64,000 bases of DNA from Octopus vulgaris (GCA_951406725.2 OX597824.1:13950001-14014000), one strand, 5' to 3'. Positions 12,510-25,047 are shown, counted from the first letter of the stretch. Numbers and translations are program-made. Notes: generated by a model not told the origin, from the letters alone.

Positions 12510-12915
12510 TTACAATGAAGACAATTCGACGAACAAGATACGATGGTGGGCTCACCTGTTGTAGACAACAGATCAGATTTCCGTAATTTCTTGTCGAACA
12601 ACCTGTACAGACGATTTGTTTATAGTGATCAAATGCTTGAGCTGTACATTAGCGAACGCCCTGTCAAATCAACGTTGCTTGGACAGGTTCACTGTGTATC
12701 ACATGCAGAGTAGCGTGATCGCAAAACAGCGTAATATTAAGCATTTTGCTCAAGAACACGACTCTCTGCACGATCAGGGAATCGAAACCACAATTTTGCA
12801 AATACTAGGTCACAAGATACAAATAACGCATGTACAAAATATGTTATGTCTGCGAAGATGTAAAAGCTTACTGCCATCAGTCCTAACAGTGTCCTCCGGC
12901 CTATATTCTCACAGT

Positions 12916-13315
12916 TAGGGCCGGATTAAAACCCACAGAGGCCCTAAACGCTTAAAAGATTTTGATGCCCCCACATATGTGTGTGTGTGTGTGTGTGTAA
13001 TAAAAAAAAACGAAGCAAAACTAATAATAAGATGGAAAATAATGTTTGTTTTTGCATACTTCCACTTAATTTATATATGAAAAGTTTCCTCCGTTTTTTT
13101 TTTATTGCAACGTCATTGATGAAACCCTCAAAATCAAATTTACGTAACTCATGCTTCTACGCTTAGTAGAGATAAAGGCATCCCCAATATTATTTTAGCA
13201 AGTTTAAAGTGATTTCTTTTGTACCATAAACCATTTACCATTTCTCTGGTGTCCCCCACCTTCCCTTGACGCCCTAAGCACGTGCTCATTTTGCTTGATG
13301 GTTAATCCAGCACTG
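12916..13315. mobile_element. hAT-type MITE
   Basis: TIRs tagggccggattaa / ttaatccagcactg; 8-bp TSD ctcacagt (12908-12915) / ctcacact (13316-13323). Confidence 0.7.
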
Positions 13316-13638
13316 CTCACACTGCAGGAGTAGACTTTCATAAACTTTAAAGACTTCAAAACAATGATGATATTATAGAGAACACGAAGATGCAATGACA
13401 TACATTTAGATGTGCTACGAAGTGAAAATGTGGCTTCGGGGATACCTATAACATGAAATGAAGTCAACACAAAAATGACAGTAATTTCTGAAATCCCTAA
13501 TTGACTCCCAAATAACTGAATCAAGGACACGTATTAGGTCGAATGCTGGCAGTGGGGAATACGCAAAAAACCTTGAGAGAAAAATCTCTAGTGTTATTGG
13601 TAGGAATTATGTTAGTATGTTGGAATAATGTTATGTAG

Positions 13639-13695
<57 letters not shown>

Positions 13696-13915
13696 ACATG
13701 TATATATGAGAGAGATTTGTAAAAGACTAGTAGTGGTACGTAGGGTGGGGTTGAGCAGGTAGGTGGGTAGGTAGGTGGTGCATTAATTATTCTGAAATGT
13801 CACTTACTGAAAGATCATCTATGTGCGTACATCTACTTGTGCATTGTTACATGTCTGTGAGTGAGTGTGTGTGTGTGTGTGTGCATGTGTGTGTGAGTGT
13901 GTGTGTGCGTGTGCA

Positions 13916-13964
<49 letters not shown>

Positions 13965-14058
13965 ATGTGTCTGTATATATATATATATATATGTATATAC
14001 ACATACATATTCGTACATGCATTTGTGGGTGTGTGTGCGAGTTTGTGAGAGTGTGTGT

Positions 14059-14149
<91 letters not shown>

Positions 14150-14623
14150 CTAGCATTGCAAAAGTTTCCCAGGGTTGCTTTCAGCATGAAGAACATATAT
14201 TTGCGTTTTGACATATCAAATACAGTGAGCCAAAGAATTTTCAATAAATTGAAACTACACCTGATTTTTCATACACATACACACACACACATACATACAT
14301 AAACATATACATACATACATACATACATACATACAGACATACATACATACATACATACATACATACATACATACATACATACATACATACAGACATACAT
14401 ACATACATACATACATACATACACACACATACATACATACATACACACATACATACATACATACATACATACATACATACATACATACATACATACATAC
14501 ATACATACATACATACATACATACATACATACATACACACACACACATACATACATACATACATACATACAAACATACATACATACATACATACATATAC
14601 AATACATACACACACACATACAT

Positions 14624-14654
<31 letters not shown>

Positions 14655-15122
14655 TACATACATACATACATACATACATACATACATACATACATACATA
14701 CATACATACATACATACATACATACATACATACATACAAGCACCGGGAACTCTCTTAACTCAAAACGTCTTGTTGCTTTAAGGAACCGGCTTGAGCTCTC
14801 TCGACAAGAACTTAAATTAAACTCAAAGAAAATTTCATACACACATATATTTATGAATAAATATATATATACATATATATATATATAATAATATATCCGC
14901 ACGCATTACCTATATATTTACATATACCAAAGCGACGCCTGGCTCTTAAATTTGAGCTTCTAAGTTGAGGTAAGGTACATATAATATATTATGTATGTAA
15001 CCAGCTGTCTCATAAAATGAAAGATTCATATTAAAATCAGATTTGTTATTTGCATTTATTTCTTAACATGGTCTTGCATTGCATTCCTTGTAGTTATGCA
15101 AGAATATGTATATACATATCTA

Positions 15123-15178
<56 letters not shown>

Positions 15179-15615
15179 ATATATGTAAGTGTGTGTGTGA
15201 AAGCATCAGGTATGCTGCATGCTTACTCACCTGGATGCTACCCTTTAGAGTAATTGGATTGTTATGAACCCATTTTTGCATATCTAGCATGTATCTTAGA
15301 ATCACAGGTATTCCACCACTTAGCCGTTAAGTTTCGCCTGAGTCGAGTAGGAAAGCCGAAATTAGATTTTGCCTGCGCAGAAAGGTTCCTACTTGAGGTG
15401 TCTCGTCAACCCAAACTTCTTAAGTAGTCCAAACTATAGTAATAGCTATCTCTCCAATGGCTTTCTTCAGTTTTTTGATTTCCAAACCAATGTTTTGCAA
15501 GAAAGAGTTCTCTGGTCTTGAAAAAAGATCAGTTTGGAAGACCAACATCTGATAAAAAGCCACTGGAGAGATAGTCACGCATATACATACATACATACAT
15601 ACATACATACATACA

Positions 15616-16014
15616 TTCTTTTCTACTCTGGGCACAAGGGCTGAAATTTTGGGGAAAGGGGTACAGTCGATTGAATCGACTCCAGTACGCAACTGGTACT
15701 TATTTATCGACCCCGAAAGGATGAAAGGCAAAGTCGACCTCGGCGGAATTTGAACTCAGAACGTACAGACAGACGAAATACCTATTTCTTTACTACCCAC
15801 AAGGGGCTAAACACAGAGGGGACAAACAAGGACAGACAAACGGATTAAGTCGATTATATCGACCCCAGTGCATAACTGGTACTTATTTAATCGACCCCGA
15901 AAGGATGAAAGACAAAGTCGACCTCGGCGGAATTTGAACTCAGAACGTAAAGACAGACGAAATACGGCTTCGCATTTCGCCCGGCGTGCTAACGTTTCAG
16001 CCAGCTCGCCGCCT
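15616..16014 (-). mobile_element. SINE 'family A' dimer
   Basis: Same head-body-tail1-body-tail2 layout and junction as 8838-9229. Confidence 0.85.
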
Positions 16015-16050
16015 TCACATACATACAGACAGCCAGACAGACAGACAGTG

Positions 16051-16081
<31 letters not shown>

Positions 16082-16358
16082 TATATACATGTATGTATAT
16101 GTTTCGTCATCAGAGTTTTCGTCGTTTACCATATTCACTCACAAGGTATGGGTGATACCGGGGTATAGTAGAAAGCACCTGCGCCAGGAGGTGCTGTGCA
16201 GTGAAACTGAACCTGAAACTGCGTGGTTGCAAACCGAACTTCTCAACCATGCAGCCATACTTGCGCTAACTTTCCTTTAAGGGTACTTAGACTCCTGGAT
16301 ATGCGTGGGTTAAATTTCATCTATTTCATCTATCGTCAGTAGAAGTAATATATATGTA

Positions 16359-16428
<70 letters not shown>

Positions 16429-16464
16429 AAAAAGGAGATGTGGAACACGAGTTGTGATATATAA

Positions 16465-16776
16465 AAAAGGAAATGAAGAAAATGCTGACAAAATAATTTA
16501 AGTAATTTAAGTAATTTAATTAGGTGAAAGTTCTTTTTACCGGTTGCGCATTTGTTATGCTTATCAAAAGATTAGAGTTCCTTTCTGATAGATTTTTTCC
16601 TCTTATCTGATAAGAGGATTTTTTCCTCTTATCTGATAAGAGGAAAAAATCTATCAGAAAGGAACTCTAATCTTTTGATAAGCATAACAAATGCGCAACC
16701 AGTAAAAGAACTTTTACCTAATTAAATTACTTAAATTACTTAAATTATTTTGTCAGCATTTTCTTCATTTCCTTTT
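16465..16776. repeat. Near-perfect fold-back palindrome (~145-bp arms) between (TA)n tracts
   Basis: Left arm aaaaggaaatgaagaaaatgctgac..cctcttatc is the reverse complement of right arm gataagagg..gtcagcattttcttcatttcctttt, with few mismatches. Confidence 0.9.
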
Positions 16777-16810
16777 ATATATATATATATACAAACATAC
16801 ATATACACAC

Positions 16811-16958
<148 letters not shown>

Positions 16959-16993
16959 GTAGATATGTATTTATATATATACATATTTATAAA

Positions 16994-17079
<86 letters not shown>

Positions 17080-17671
17080 ATGTATGTATGTATGTATGTA
17101 TGTATGTATGTATGTATATGTATATATAATTCAAATAGCGACTCCATATCTTGTCAATATGAATTTATGACCTTTTGCCAGATGTAAAAAATATTTTGTG
17201 CATCTGTGCCGATGGTAAACGGCGTAAAGCAATATGTAAGCTCGACAATTCCAAAACCGCAATATTTGAATAAGATGTGACCCTCGAACATAAACAAACG
17301 CTAACATGAAGCATGACGATAAATAAACATTTTTACGATTCACGTGTCAAATTATATATATATATATATATATATGCTATATAACTTGACACGTGAATCG
17401 TAAAAGATCCTATCACAACTTATAGCTCAGCAGAAAAAAGAGATGTGTTTACGGTACGCAAACGTCAATATCCCGCTTCCCTTTTAAATTCCTTTGAGAT
17501 GATAAAAGCAGCCAGACAGGTGGATTCATTAAAAAAACCATTTTTGGCATCTGTTGTAGAATATTTCTCCCACCCCCCACCATGTTTCATGTATTGTTTT
17601 AATGGGATCTACTGCATTGAAATCTAGCTGAATAAAAGAAAAAGAAAAAAAACAACAAAAATACTAAGCTG

Positions 17672-17887
17672 TTACTCTTTTACTTGTTTCAGTCATTTGA
17701 CTGCGGCCATGCTGGAGCACTGCCTTTAGTCGATCGAGCAAATCGACCCCAGGACCTATTCTTTGGAAGCCTAGTACTTATTCTATCGGTCTCTTTTGCC
17801 GAACCGAAAAGTTACAGGGACGTAAGCACACCGGTTGTCAAACGATGTTGGGGGGACAAACAGACACACAAACATATACACACACAC

Positions 17888-17941
<54 letters not shown>

Positions 17942-18212
17942 GAAGCCCGTCATATATATGTATATATATATATATATATACGTATGTGTGTCTGTATATG
18001 TTTGTGTGTCTGTGTTTGTCTCCCCCCCCCCCCAACATCGCTTGACAACCGATGCTGGTGTGTTTACATCCCCGAAACTTAGCGGTTCGGCAAAAGAGAC
18101 AAATAGTATAAGTACTAGGCTTACAAAGAATAAATCCTGGAGTCGATTTGCTCGACAAAAGGCGGTGCTCCTGCATGGCCGCAGTCAAATGACTGAAACA
18201 AGTAAAAGAGAA
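17672..18212. mobile_element. Two SINE 'family B' 3' halves in opposite orientation, joined through their internal (TA)n
   Basis: 17672-17890 is the minus-strand 3' half; 17938-18212 is the plus-strand 3' half. Neither tRNA head is present. Confidence 0.85.
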
Positions 18213-18229
18213 AGAAAGAGAAAGAGTAT

Positions 18230-18599
18230 GCTTTCATACTTCAAGGCTGAAATCTCCACTTTTGAATTTTGCAAACCATCTTCTGCAATTTCTTTCATTC
18301 AAGCATTTTTTCCCATAAACTGAGTGTATGTTTCGAGTCGTTTCGGCTGCAGAGTTTCCTTTTTTGTACTCATAAAGTATTATGCGCCTCAAATACTCTT
18401 TGGATACTTCCATGTTAGAAAGGGTGTTAATCAAAGAAATTTTAATTCTATTATTCTGTAAAATAATATCTAATTAGTTTAAATGTACGCAAATGCATAA
18501 AAATAATTTTTAATTCCGTTAGACATTCTAAAATACTATTAAATTTCATTCAATTTTAAAAAAGGTAAAACCGGACAGAACTCACGGGATGACCTGATA
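18230..18599 (-). mobile_element. Mariner 5' fragment (TIR + transposase N-terminal HTH)
   Basis: MEVSKEYLRRIILYEYKKGNSAAETTRNIHSVYG..CRRWFAKFKSGDFSLE is a typical mariner N-terminus. TIR-like tatcaggtcatcccgtgagttctgtccg at the right end. Confidence 0.85.
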
Positions 18600-18974
18600 C
18601 TTTCGTAGCAATTATTGATATTTTATAGCATAAGAACCATTAATGCCATCTAAACAATCACAGATACTTTCAAAGCCATCAGTGATATTTTCATGACAAT
18701 CGATATCTTTCCCTTGAGACTTAATATATGTGTGGCAGTTATCAACGTTTCCTGAGCAATCGTGGACACTTTGATAGCAATTAAGTGATTAGATTTATTT
18801 GGTGGCGATCGCATACACTTTGATACAACAATCATTAGTATTTAGATAGAAATTATATACGCTTTCATAATAATCATTGATGTTTGTATAGAAAATATAT
18901 ACACGCTTTCATAGTAATCATTGATGTTTATATAGAAACTATATACATGCTATATACTATATACTATATACATA

Positions 18975-19345
18975 GGCGCAGGAGTGGCTGTGTGGTAAGT
19001 AGCTTGCTTACCAAGCACATGGTTCTGGGTTCAGTCCCACTGCGTGGCACCTTGGGCAAGTGTCTTCTACTATAGTGTCGGGCCGACCAAAGTCTTGTGA
19101 GTGGATTTGGTAGACAGAAACTGAAAGAAGCCCGTCATATATATGTATATATATATATATATATACGTATGTGTGTGTGTATATGTTTGTGTGTTTGTCG
19201 ATGCTGGTGTGTTTATGGTTCGGCAAAAGAGACAAATAGTATAAGTACTAGGCTTACAAAGAATAAGCCCTGGGGTCGGTTTGCTCGACTAAAGGCGGTG
19301 CTCCAGCATGGCCGCAGTCAAATGACTGAAACAAGCAAAAGAGTA
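18975..19345 (+). mobile_element. SINE 'family B', near full length
   Basis: ggcgcaggagtggctgtgtggtaag..caaatgactgaaacaagcaaaagag. Confidence 0.9.
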
Positions 19346-19359
19346 AGAGAGAGCGAGTA

Positions 19360-20842
19360 TGCTTTCATAGCAATCATTGATCTCTATATGGAAATTACAT
19401 CCACATTTTCATTGTAACCATTGAAGTTTATATAGAAATTATATACTCTTTCATAACCACCATTAATATTTGCATAGAAATTATATACTCTTTACATAAT
19501 AATCATATACTCTTTCTGGGCAACCATTGATATTTACATAGCAAACCATTAATATTTGAATCTAATAGAGAAATTATATACACTCTTTTATAGCAACCAT
19601 TGTTATTCACAAATAAATAACATTCTCTTTACATAATGGTACCGAATTTTGGTACAAGGCCAGCAATTTCGAGAGTGTGTTTAACTGGTACTTATTTTAT
19701 TGACCCCGCCGAAAGGATGAAAGCAAAAATTGACCTTGGCGGAATTTGAACTCAGAACATAAAGACGAACGAAATGTTGCTAAGCATTTCGCCCGACGTG
19801 CTAACGATTCTGCCAGTTCGCTTTCTTCTTGCAGCTATTAATACTGGTTTCAAATTTCGGAGCTTAACCAGTACTTATTTTATCGACCCCGAACAGATGG
19901 AAGGCAAAGTCGACCGCGGTGGAATTTTAACTCAGAACGTAAAGACGGACGAAATGCCGCTAAGCATTTCGCCCGGCGTACTAACCATTCTGCCAGCTAG
20001 CCGTCTTGGCGCCTATATTAATATTAGCATAGAAAAGATATACATTTTCATAACCATCATTGATATTTACATAGCAACCATTAGTATTTACATAGAAATT
20101 ATATACATTTTCACAACAACCATTGATATTTAGATAGCAACCATTAATATTTACATAGCCACCGTTAACATTAACATAGGAAGCTTTAATGTTAACATTT
20201 TCATAACAACCATTGTTATTTAAATAGCAATTTCATACAGTTTCATAGCAACCATTGATAATTACTTGGCAATCAATGATAATTGCATAGCAACCATCGA
20301 TATTTACATAGCAACCAGTGATGTAACATACCGTTGATAATTATATAACAGCCAGTGATATTTGCATAGCAACCATTGATATTTACATAGCAACCATAAA
20401 TGTTTACATAGCAACCATTAACTCTTACATAGCAACCATAGATATTTACATATCAACCATTCATTAACATTTACAACCAATGATATTTAAATAGCAACAA
20501 TTAATATCTATGCAACAATCTGATAATTGACATAACATTAACACATTAGCAACCATTAACACATTAGCAACCATTAACATTTACACCAAGCCTTTGATAT
20601 TTACATAGCAACCATTATCATTTACATAGGAACCATTACCATTTTCATAGCAACCACTGATATTTTCATAGCAACTATCCATTAATATTTACCCAGCAAA
20701 CATCATAATTTACATAGCAACCGTTGATATTCTACATAACGACAATCTATTATCACTTACATAGCAACAATTGATGTTTACCTAGCAACCATTATCATTT
20801 ACATAGCAACCATTGATATTTAGATAGCAACCATTAATATTC
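19360..20842. repeat. 21-bp minisatellite (consensus catagcaaccattgatattta), interrupted by SINE A fragments
   Basis: Dense array at about 20040-20842; degenerate copies from about 18610 to 23835. Confidence 0.9.
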
Positions 20843-21231
20843 TTTTCTACTATAGGCATAAGGGCCGAAATTTGGGGAGAGGGGACACAGTAGATTTGAT
20901 CGACCTCAACACATAACTGGTACTTAATTTATCGACCCCGAAAGGATGAAAGGCAAAGTCGACCTCGGCAGAATTTGAACTCAGAACGTAAAGACAGACG
21001 AAATACCTATTTCTTTATTACCCACAAGGGGCTAACACAGAGGGGACAAACAAGGACAGACATAGGTATTAAGTCGATTACATCGACCCCAGTGCGTAAC
21101 TGGTACTTAATTTATCGACCCCGAAAGGATGAAAGGCAAAGTCGACCTCGGCGGAATTTGAACTCAGAACGTAGCGGCAGACGAAATACGGCTACGCATT
21201 TCGCCCGGCGTGCTAACGTTTCTGCCAGCTA
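20842..21231 (-). mobile_element. SINE 'family A' dimer
   Basis: Head-body-tail1-body-tail2, inserted into the 21-bp minisatellite. Confidence 0.85.
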
Positions 21232-21529
21232 TTAACATAGTAACCATTGATAATTTACATAGGAACTAAGAAGCTCGTTTTGTAACCATGTGGTTTCGGG
21301 TTCGATCCCGATGCGTAGCAACTTGACCAAGTGCCTTCTACTATAGCTGAGGCTGACCAATGCCCTTGTGAGTGGATTTGGTAGCCGGTTACTGTGGAAG
21401 CACATCATATGTGTGTGTGTATGCACGCGAGCGTGTGTGTGTATGCATGTATATGTGTATCTGAGTGTGTTTGTGTTTGTCCGCACCACCATCGCTGGAC
21501 AACCGGTGTTGGTTTGCTTACGTCCTTGA

Positions 21530-21790
21530 AGATGCGTGGGTTAGTGGTCAGGGTGTTCCGCTCACGATGGTAAGGACGTGAGTTCGATTCCGGGCGGCGT
21601 GTTGCGTCCTTGAGCAAGACACTTTATTTCACGTTGCTCCAGTCCACTCAGCTGGCAAAAATGAATTGTACATGTAGTTCAAAGGAACAGCCTTGTTACA
21701 TTGTCTGTCACGCTGAATCTCTCTGAGAACTATGTACGCGTATCTGTGGGGTGCTCAGCCACTTGCACAATCATTTCACGAACAGGCTGG
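21530..21790 (+). mobile_element. SINE 'family D' (tRNA head + CORE-like segment) with distinct tail
   Basis: gcgtgggttagtggtcagggtg..gttcgattcc..tccttgagcaagacactttatttcacgttgctccagtccactcagctgg. Confidence 0.7.
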
Positions 21791-22097
21791 CACCCTCGTC
21801 ACGTAACCGACGGAGAACCAGTTCTATGTCCTCGTGGCTGAGCGGTTTCACATATGAGGCTGATAGAACAAGTGCCGAACTTTTAAACAAGTACTCGAAG
21901 CAATTTGTTCAAGTTAACCCTTCAAAACGGTGCCCCAATATGGCCACAGTTCAATGGCTGGGGCAAGTGAAAATAAAAAGAAAAGTCAAATGAGATAAGA
22001 TTTAAAAAATAATTTTAACAAATTTTTATATTTAAGTAATAATCACTGATGTTTTCAGAGCCAATCATTTATATATCTTTAGCAATTTATACTTTGT

Positions 22098-22350
22098 GGA
22101 GGCGCGTGGCTTAGTGGTTAGGGTGTCAGCATCATGCTCGTAAGATTGTGGTTTCGATTCCTGGACCGGGCGACGCGTTGTGTTCTTGAGCAAAACACTT
22201 CATTTCACGTTGCTCCAGTCCACTCAGCTGGCAAAAATGAGTAACGCTGCGATGGACTGGCGCCCCGTCCAGTTGGGGAACAGATACGCCACAGAAACCG
22301 GGAAACCGGGCCCATGAGCCTGGCTAGGCTTTAAAAGGGCGCATTTATTT
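22098..22350 (+). mobile_element. SINE 'family D' with V-domain-like segment
   Basis: ggaggcgcgtggcttagtggttaggg head; gcgatggactggcgccccgtccag; (ttta)n end. Confidence 0.8.
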
Positions 22351-22357
22351 ATTTAGT

Positions 22358-22680
22358 GGAGGCGAAATGGCCCAGTGGTTAGGGCAGCGGACTCGCGGTC
22401 GGAAGATCACGATTTCGATTCCCAGACCGGGCGTTGTGTGTGTTTATTGAGCGAAAACACCTAAAGCTCCACGAGGCTCCGGCAGGGGGTGGTAACGACC
22501 CCTGTTGTACTCTTTCGCCCCAACTTTCTCTCACTGTTTCTTCCTGTTTCTTGAGTAACGCTGCGATGGACTGGCGTCCCGTCCAGCTAGCGGGGAGGGG
22601 CACATACGTCATAGAAACCGGGAAGTCGGGTTCATGAACCTGGCTAGGCTTGAAAAGGGCGCATAAATAAAATAAATAAA
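22358..22680 (+). mobile_element. SINE 'family C' with the same V-like domain and tail as the adjacent D copy
   Basis: Family C head, then gagtaacgctgcgatggactggcgtcccgtccag..cctggctaggcttgaaaagggcgcat(aaat)n. Confidence 0.8.
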
Positions 22681-22690
22681 ATTCATTCTG

Positions 22691-23001
22691 TTCTGTTGTA
22701 TCTGAGGAGTGTCATTCTCTTTTAGTGCCTTATAATTTAACACACTCACCGGTAAAATTTCCACTCATTTACTTAATTATTTTTCTAAAATTTTCGTTGC
22801 ATCTTGCAACCTTTTCAATAATTGTTGACTCTGTCCCTTATTCAAGCTGCGTTCTTTTTGTTTGTTTGTCGCTGTTTTTAGCGGTGAGTGTGTTAAATTA
22901 TAAGGCACTTAAAGAGAATGACCCTCCCCAGACACAACAAAATATGCTTCAACACACGAACTCCCATAAAGAATCTTGCAAACCAAATCCAAAAACGAAA
23001 T
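22691..23001. mobile_element. Inverted-repeat element (Penelope pseudo-LTR-like), same family as 29041-29341
   Basis: Arms 22691-22752 / 22882-22942 are reverse complements; sequence shared with the 29 kb palindrome. Confidence 0.6.
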
Positions 23002-23303
23002 AAAATCCATACTATTTCAATAGCAATCACATACACTTTAACAGCAATCACCAATATTAATATATCAATCATTTGACATTTTCATGGCTCCCGTTAATAT
23101 TTCCATATCAATCACTGGAATTTACAAAACAGTCATTCATAGCTTCCTAGAAGCGATTGATATATCGATAGCAACCAATAATCATTTTATAGCAATTACT
23201 GATATTTTCATTAACATAACAACCATTGATATTTCCACAGAAATGAAGGACGAGTCAAAAACTTACAATACTAATTTAACGTCAATTATTCATATTTCCT
23301 TAA

Positions 23304-23694
23304 TCTCTCTATATATAAAGCTGAAGTTGTCTGTGTATGGCAGGTTTGGTAGCCTTCAACTAACATTATCTCCTCCGAGACCCTGCGGCGCAAGTTGACC
23401 AAAATTAAGAGTATGATAGAAGACGGCTTGCTCTTCCTTCCGTATAAGAAAAAATTCAAATCGGACCATGTTAATACCAAAAATTATTTACATCAAAAAG
23501 ATGCTTTTTTCTATGAAAAGCCCTATTTTTTACGATTTTTTGACTGCTGTGTCGCCATTTTTCAGTGTATTTCAACCAGAAAAATATTCACTTAAAGAGA
23601 ATAACAAGCTACATAACGCAAAATTTTTACTTTTCAAAAATTTCAATTCTAAAGGGTCGAAACAAACCCGAGCAACGCCGAGCGATACTACTAG
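23304..23694 (+). mobile_element. Non-autonomous Helitron
   Basis: 5' TC(TCTCTATATATAAAG); 3' hairpin-like cccgagcaacgccgag then CTAG. Inserted between A and T with no TSD. Confidence 0.8.
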
Positions 23695-24054
23695 TCAGTG
23701 ATATTAACATAACAATCAATAATATTTCCACAGAAGTGAAGGATGTCTCAAACACTAGCAATGCTAATTTAACCGTCAATTATTCATATTTAATCAGTGA
23801 TATTTCCATAATAATCAGTGGTATTTCACTATAATAATGCCTTTGTACAGAATTGTCTTTACACCTTTTCATTTCTTAACTTAGGTAAAAGGTTAACTGT
23901 TTTGAGGAGTGGTGAGCAGTCAATAGCATCGGCACAAGTACTTAACTCGTACTTTATGTTAACGGACTCGAAAGAATGAAAGGCAAATTTAAACTCAGGA
24001 CGTAAAGTCTGAAGAAACACTGCAAAGCAATATGTACGACATTCTAACGTTTCT

Positions 24055-24476
24055 TATTTCTTATTTCTTTATTGCCCACAAGGGGCTAGACATAAAAGGG
24101 ACAAACAAGGACAGACAAACGGATTAGGTCGATTACATCGACCCCAGTGCGTAACTGGTACTTAATTTATCGACCTCGAAAGGATGAAAGGCAAAGACGA
24201 CCTCGGTGGAATTTGAACTCAGAACATAAAGACAGACGAAATACCTATTTCTTTACTACCCACAAGGGGGTAAACACAGAGGGGACAAACAAGGACAGAC
24301 AAACGGATTAAGTCGATTACATCGACCCCAGTGCGTAACTGGTACTTAATTTATCAACCCCGAAAGGATGAAAGGCAAAGTCGACCTCGGCGGAATTTGA
24401 ACTCAGAACGTAAAGACAGACGAAATACTGCTACGCATTTCGCCCGGCGTGCTAACGTTTCTGCCAGCTCGCCACC
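24055..24476 (-). mobile_element. SINE 'family A' dimer (tail1 twice), 3' part of a chimeric insertion nested in an older A copy
   Basis: (aagaaat)n end at 24055. Shares the 16-bp TSD acattctaacgtttct (24039-24054 / 24544-24559) with the tRNA fragment. Confidence 0.85.
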
Positions 24477-24479
24477 TTT

Positions 24480-24545
24480 TGGGTCCCCGGCAGGGAATCG
24501 AATCCCGGTCTCCCGCGTGACAGGCAGGGATACTTACCACTATAC
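24480..24545 (-). pseudogene. 5'-truncated tRNA-Asp(GUC) retropseudogene with apparent CCA end
   Basis: Reverse complement gtatagtggtaagtatccctgcctGTCacgcgggagaccgggattcgattccctgccgggga-c-cca matches eukaryotic tRNA-Asp from about position 10. The 5' acceptor strand is missing. Confidence 0.9.
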
Positions 24546-25047
24546 ATTCTAACGTTTCTGCCAGTTCATCGCCTTCGAAGCACCCCGAGGGGATAAATCT
24601 TTCACCTTTTACAACCATTACATGATATTCGTTTCGAATTTTTGCACAAAGCCAGCAATTTTGTGGGAGGGCGTAACTCGAATACGTCTATCTCTGTGCT
24701 CAACTTGTACTTATTTTATCAACACAGAAACGATGAAAGGCAAAATCGACCTCAGCAGAATTAGAACTCGGAACGTAAAAGCAAACGAAGTGCAGCGAAG
24801 ACCTACATGCTAACGACTTTGCCACCTCGCCACTTTAGAACTATTACATATTATTATCTGCACAATCGTTTATCTTTTACTTGTTTCAGTCATTGGACAA
24901 CGACCTTACCGAGATGCGACCCGGAAGGGTTGGAGTGGAAAGGATCGACCGCTTTGCTTATTTTTAAAGTCTAGTACTAATTCTAGCGATCTCCTTTGCT
25001 GAAGCGCAAACAAACTGTGCGAGGAATGGGGCGACATACATAGACAC

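Noticed and set aside
19774-20842. 21-bp repeat as a coding heptad (IATIDIY)n
   Set aside because: Frequent stops and indels; interrupted by SINEs.
22098-22430. SINE C/D heads as functional tRNA genes
   Set aside because: A/B boxes are present but there is no closed acceptor stem; they continue into SINE bodies and occur in many diverged copies.
24480-24545. Functional tRNA-Asp gene
   Set aside because: The first ~9 nt are missing, stems have mismatches, and it lies within a TSD-bounded retroinsertion.
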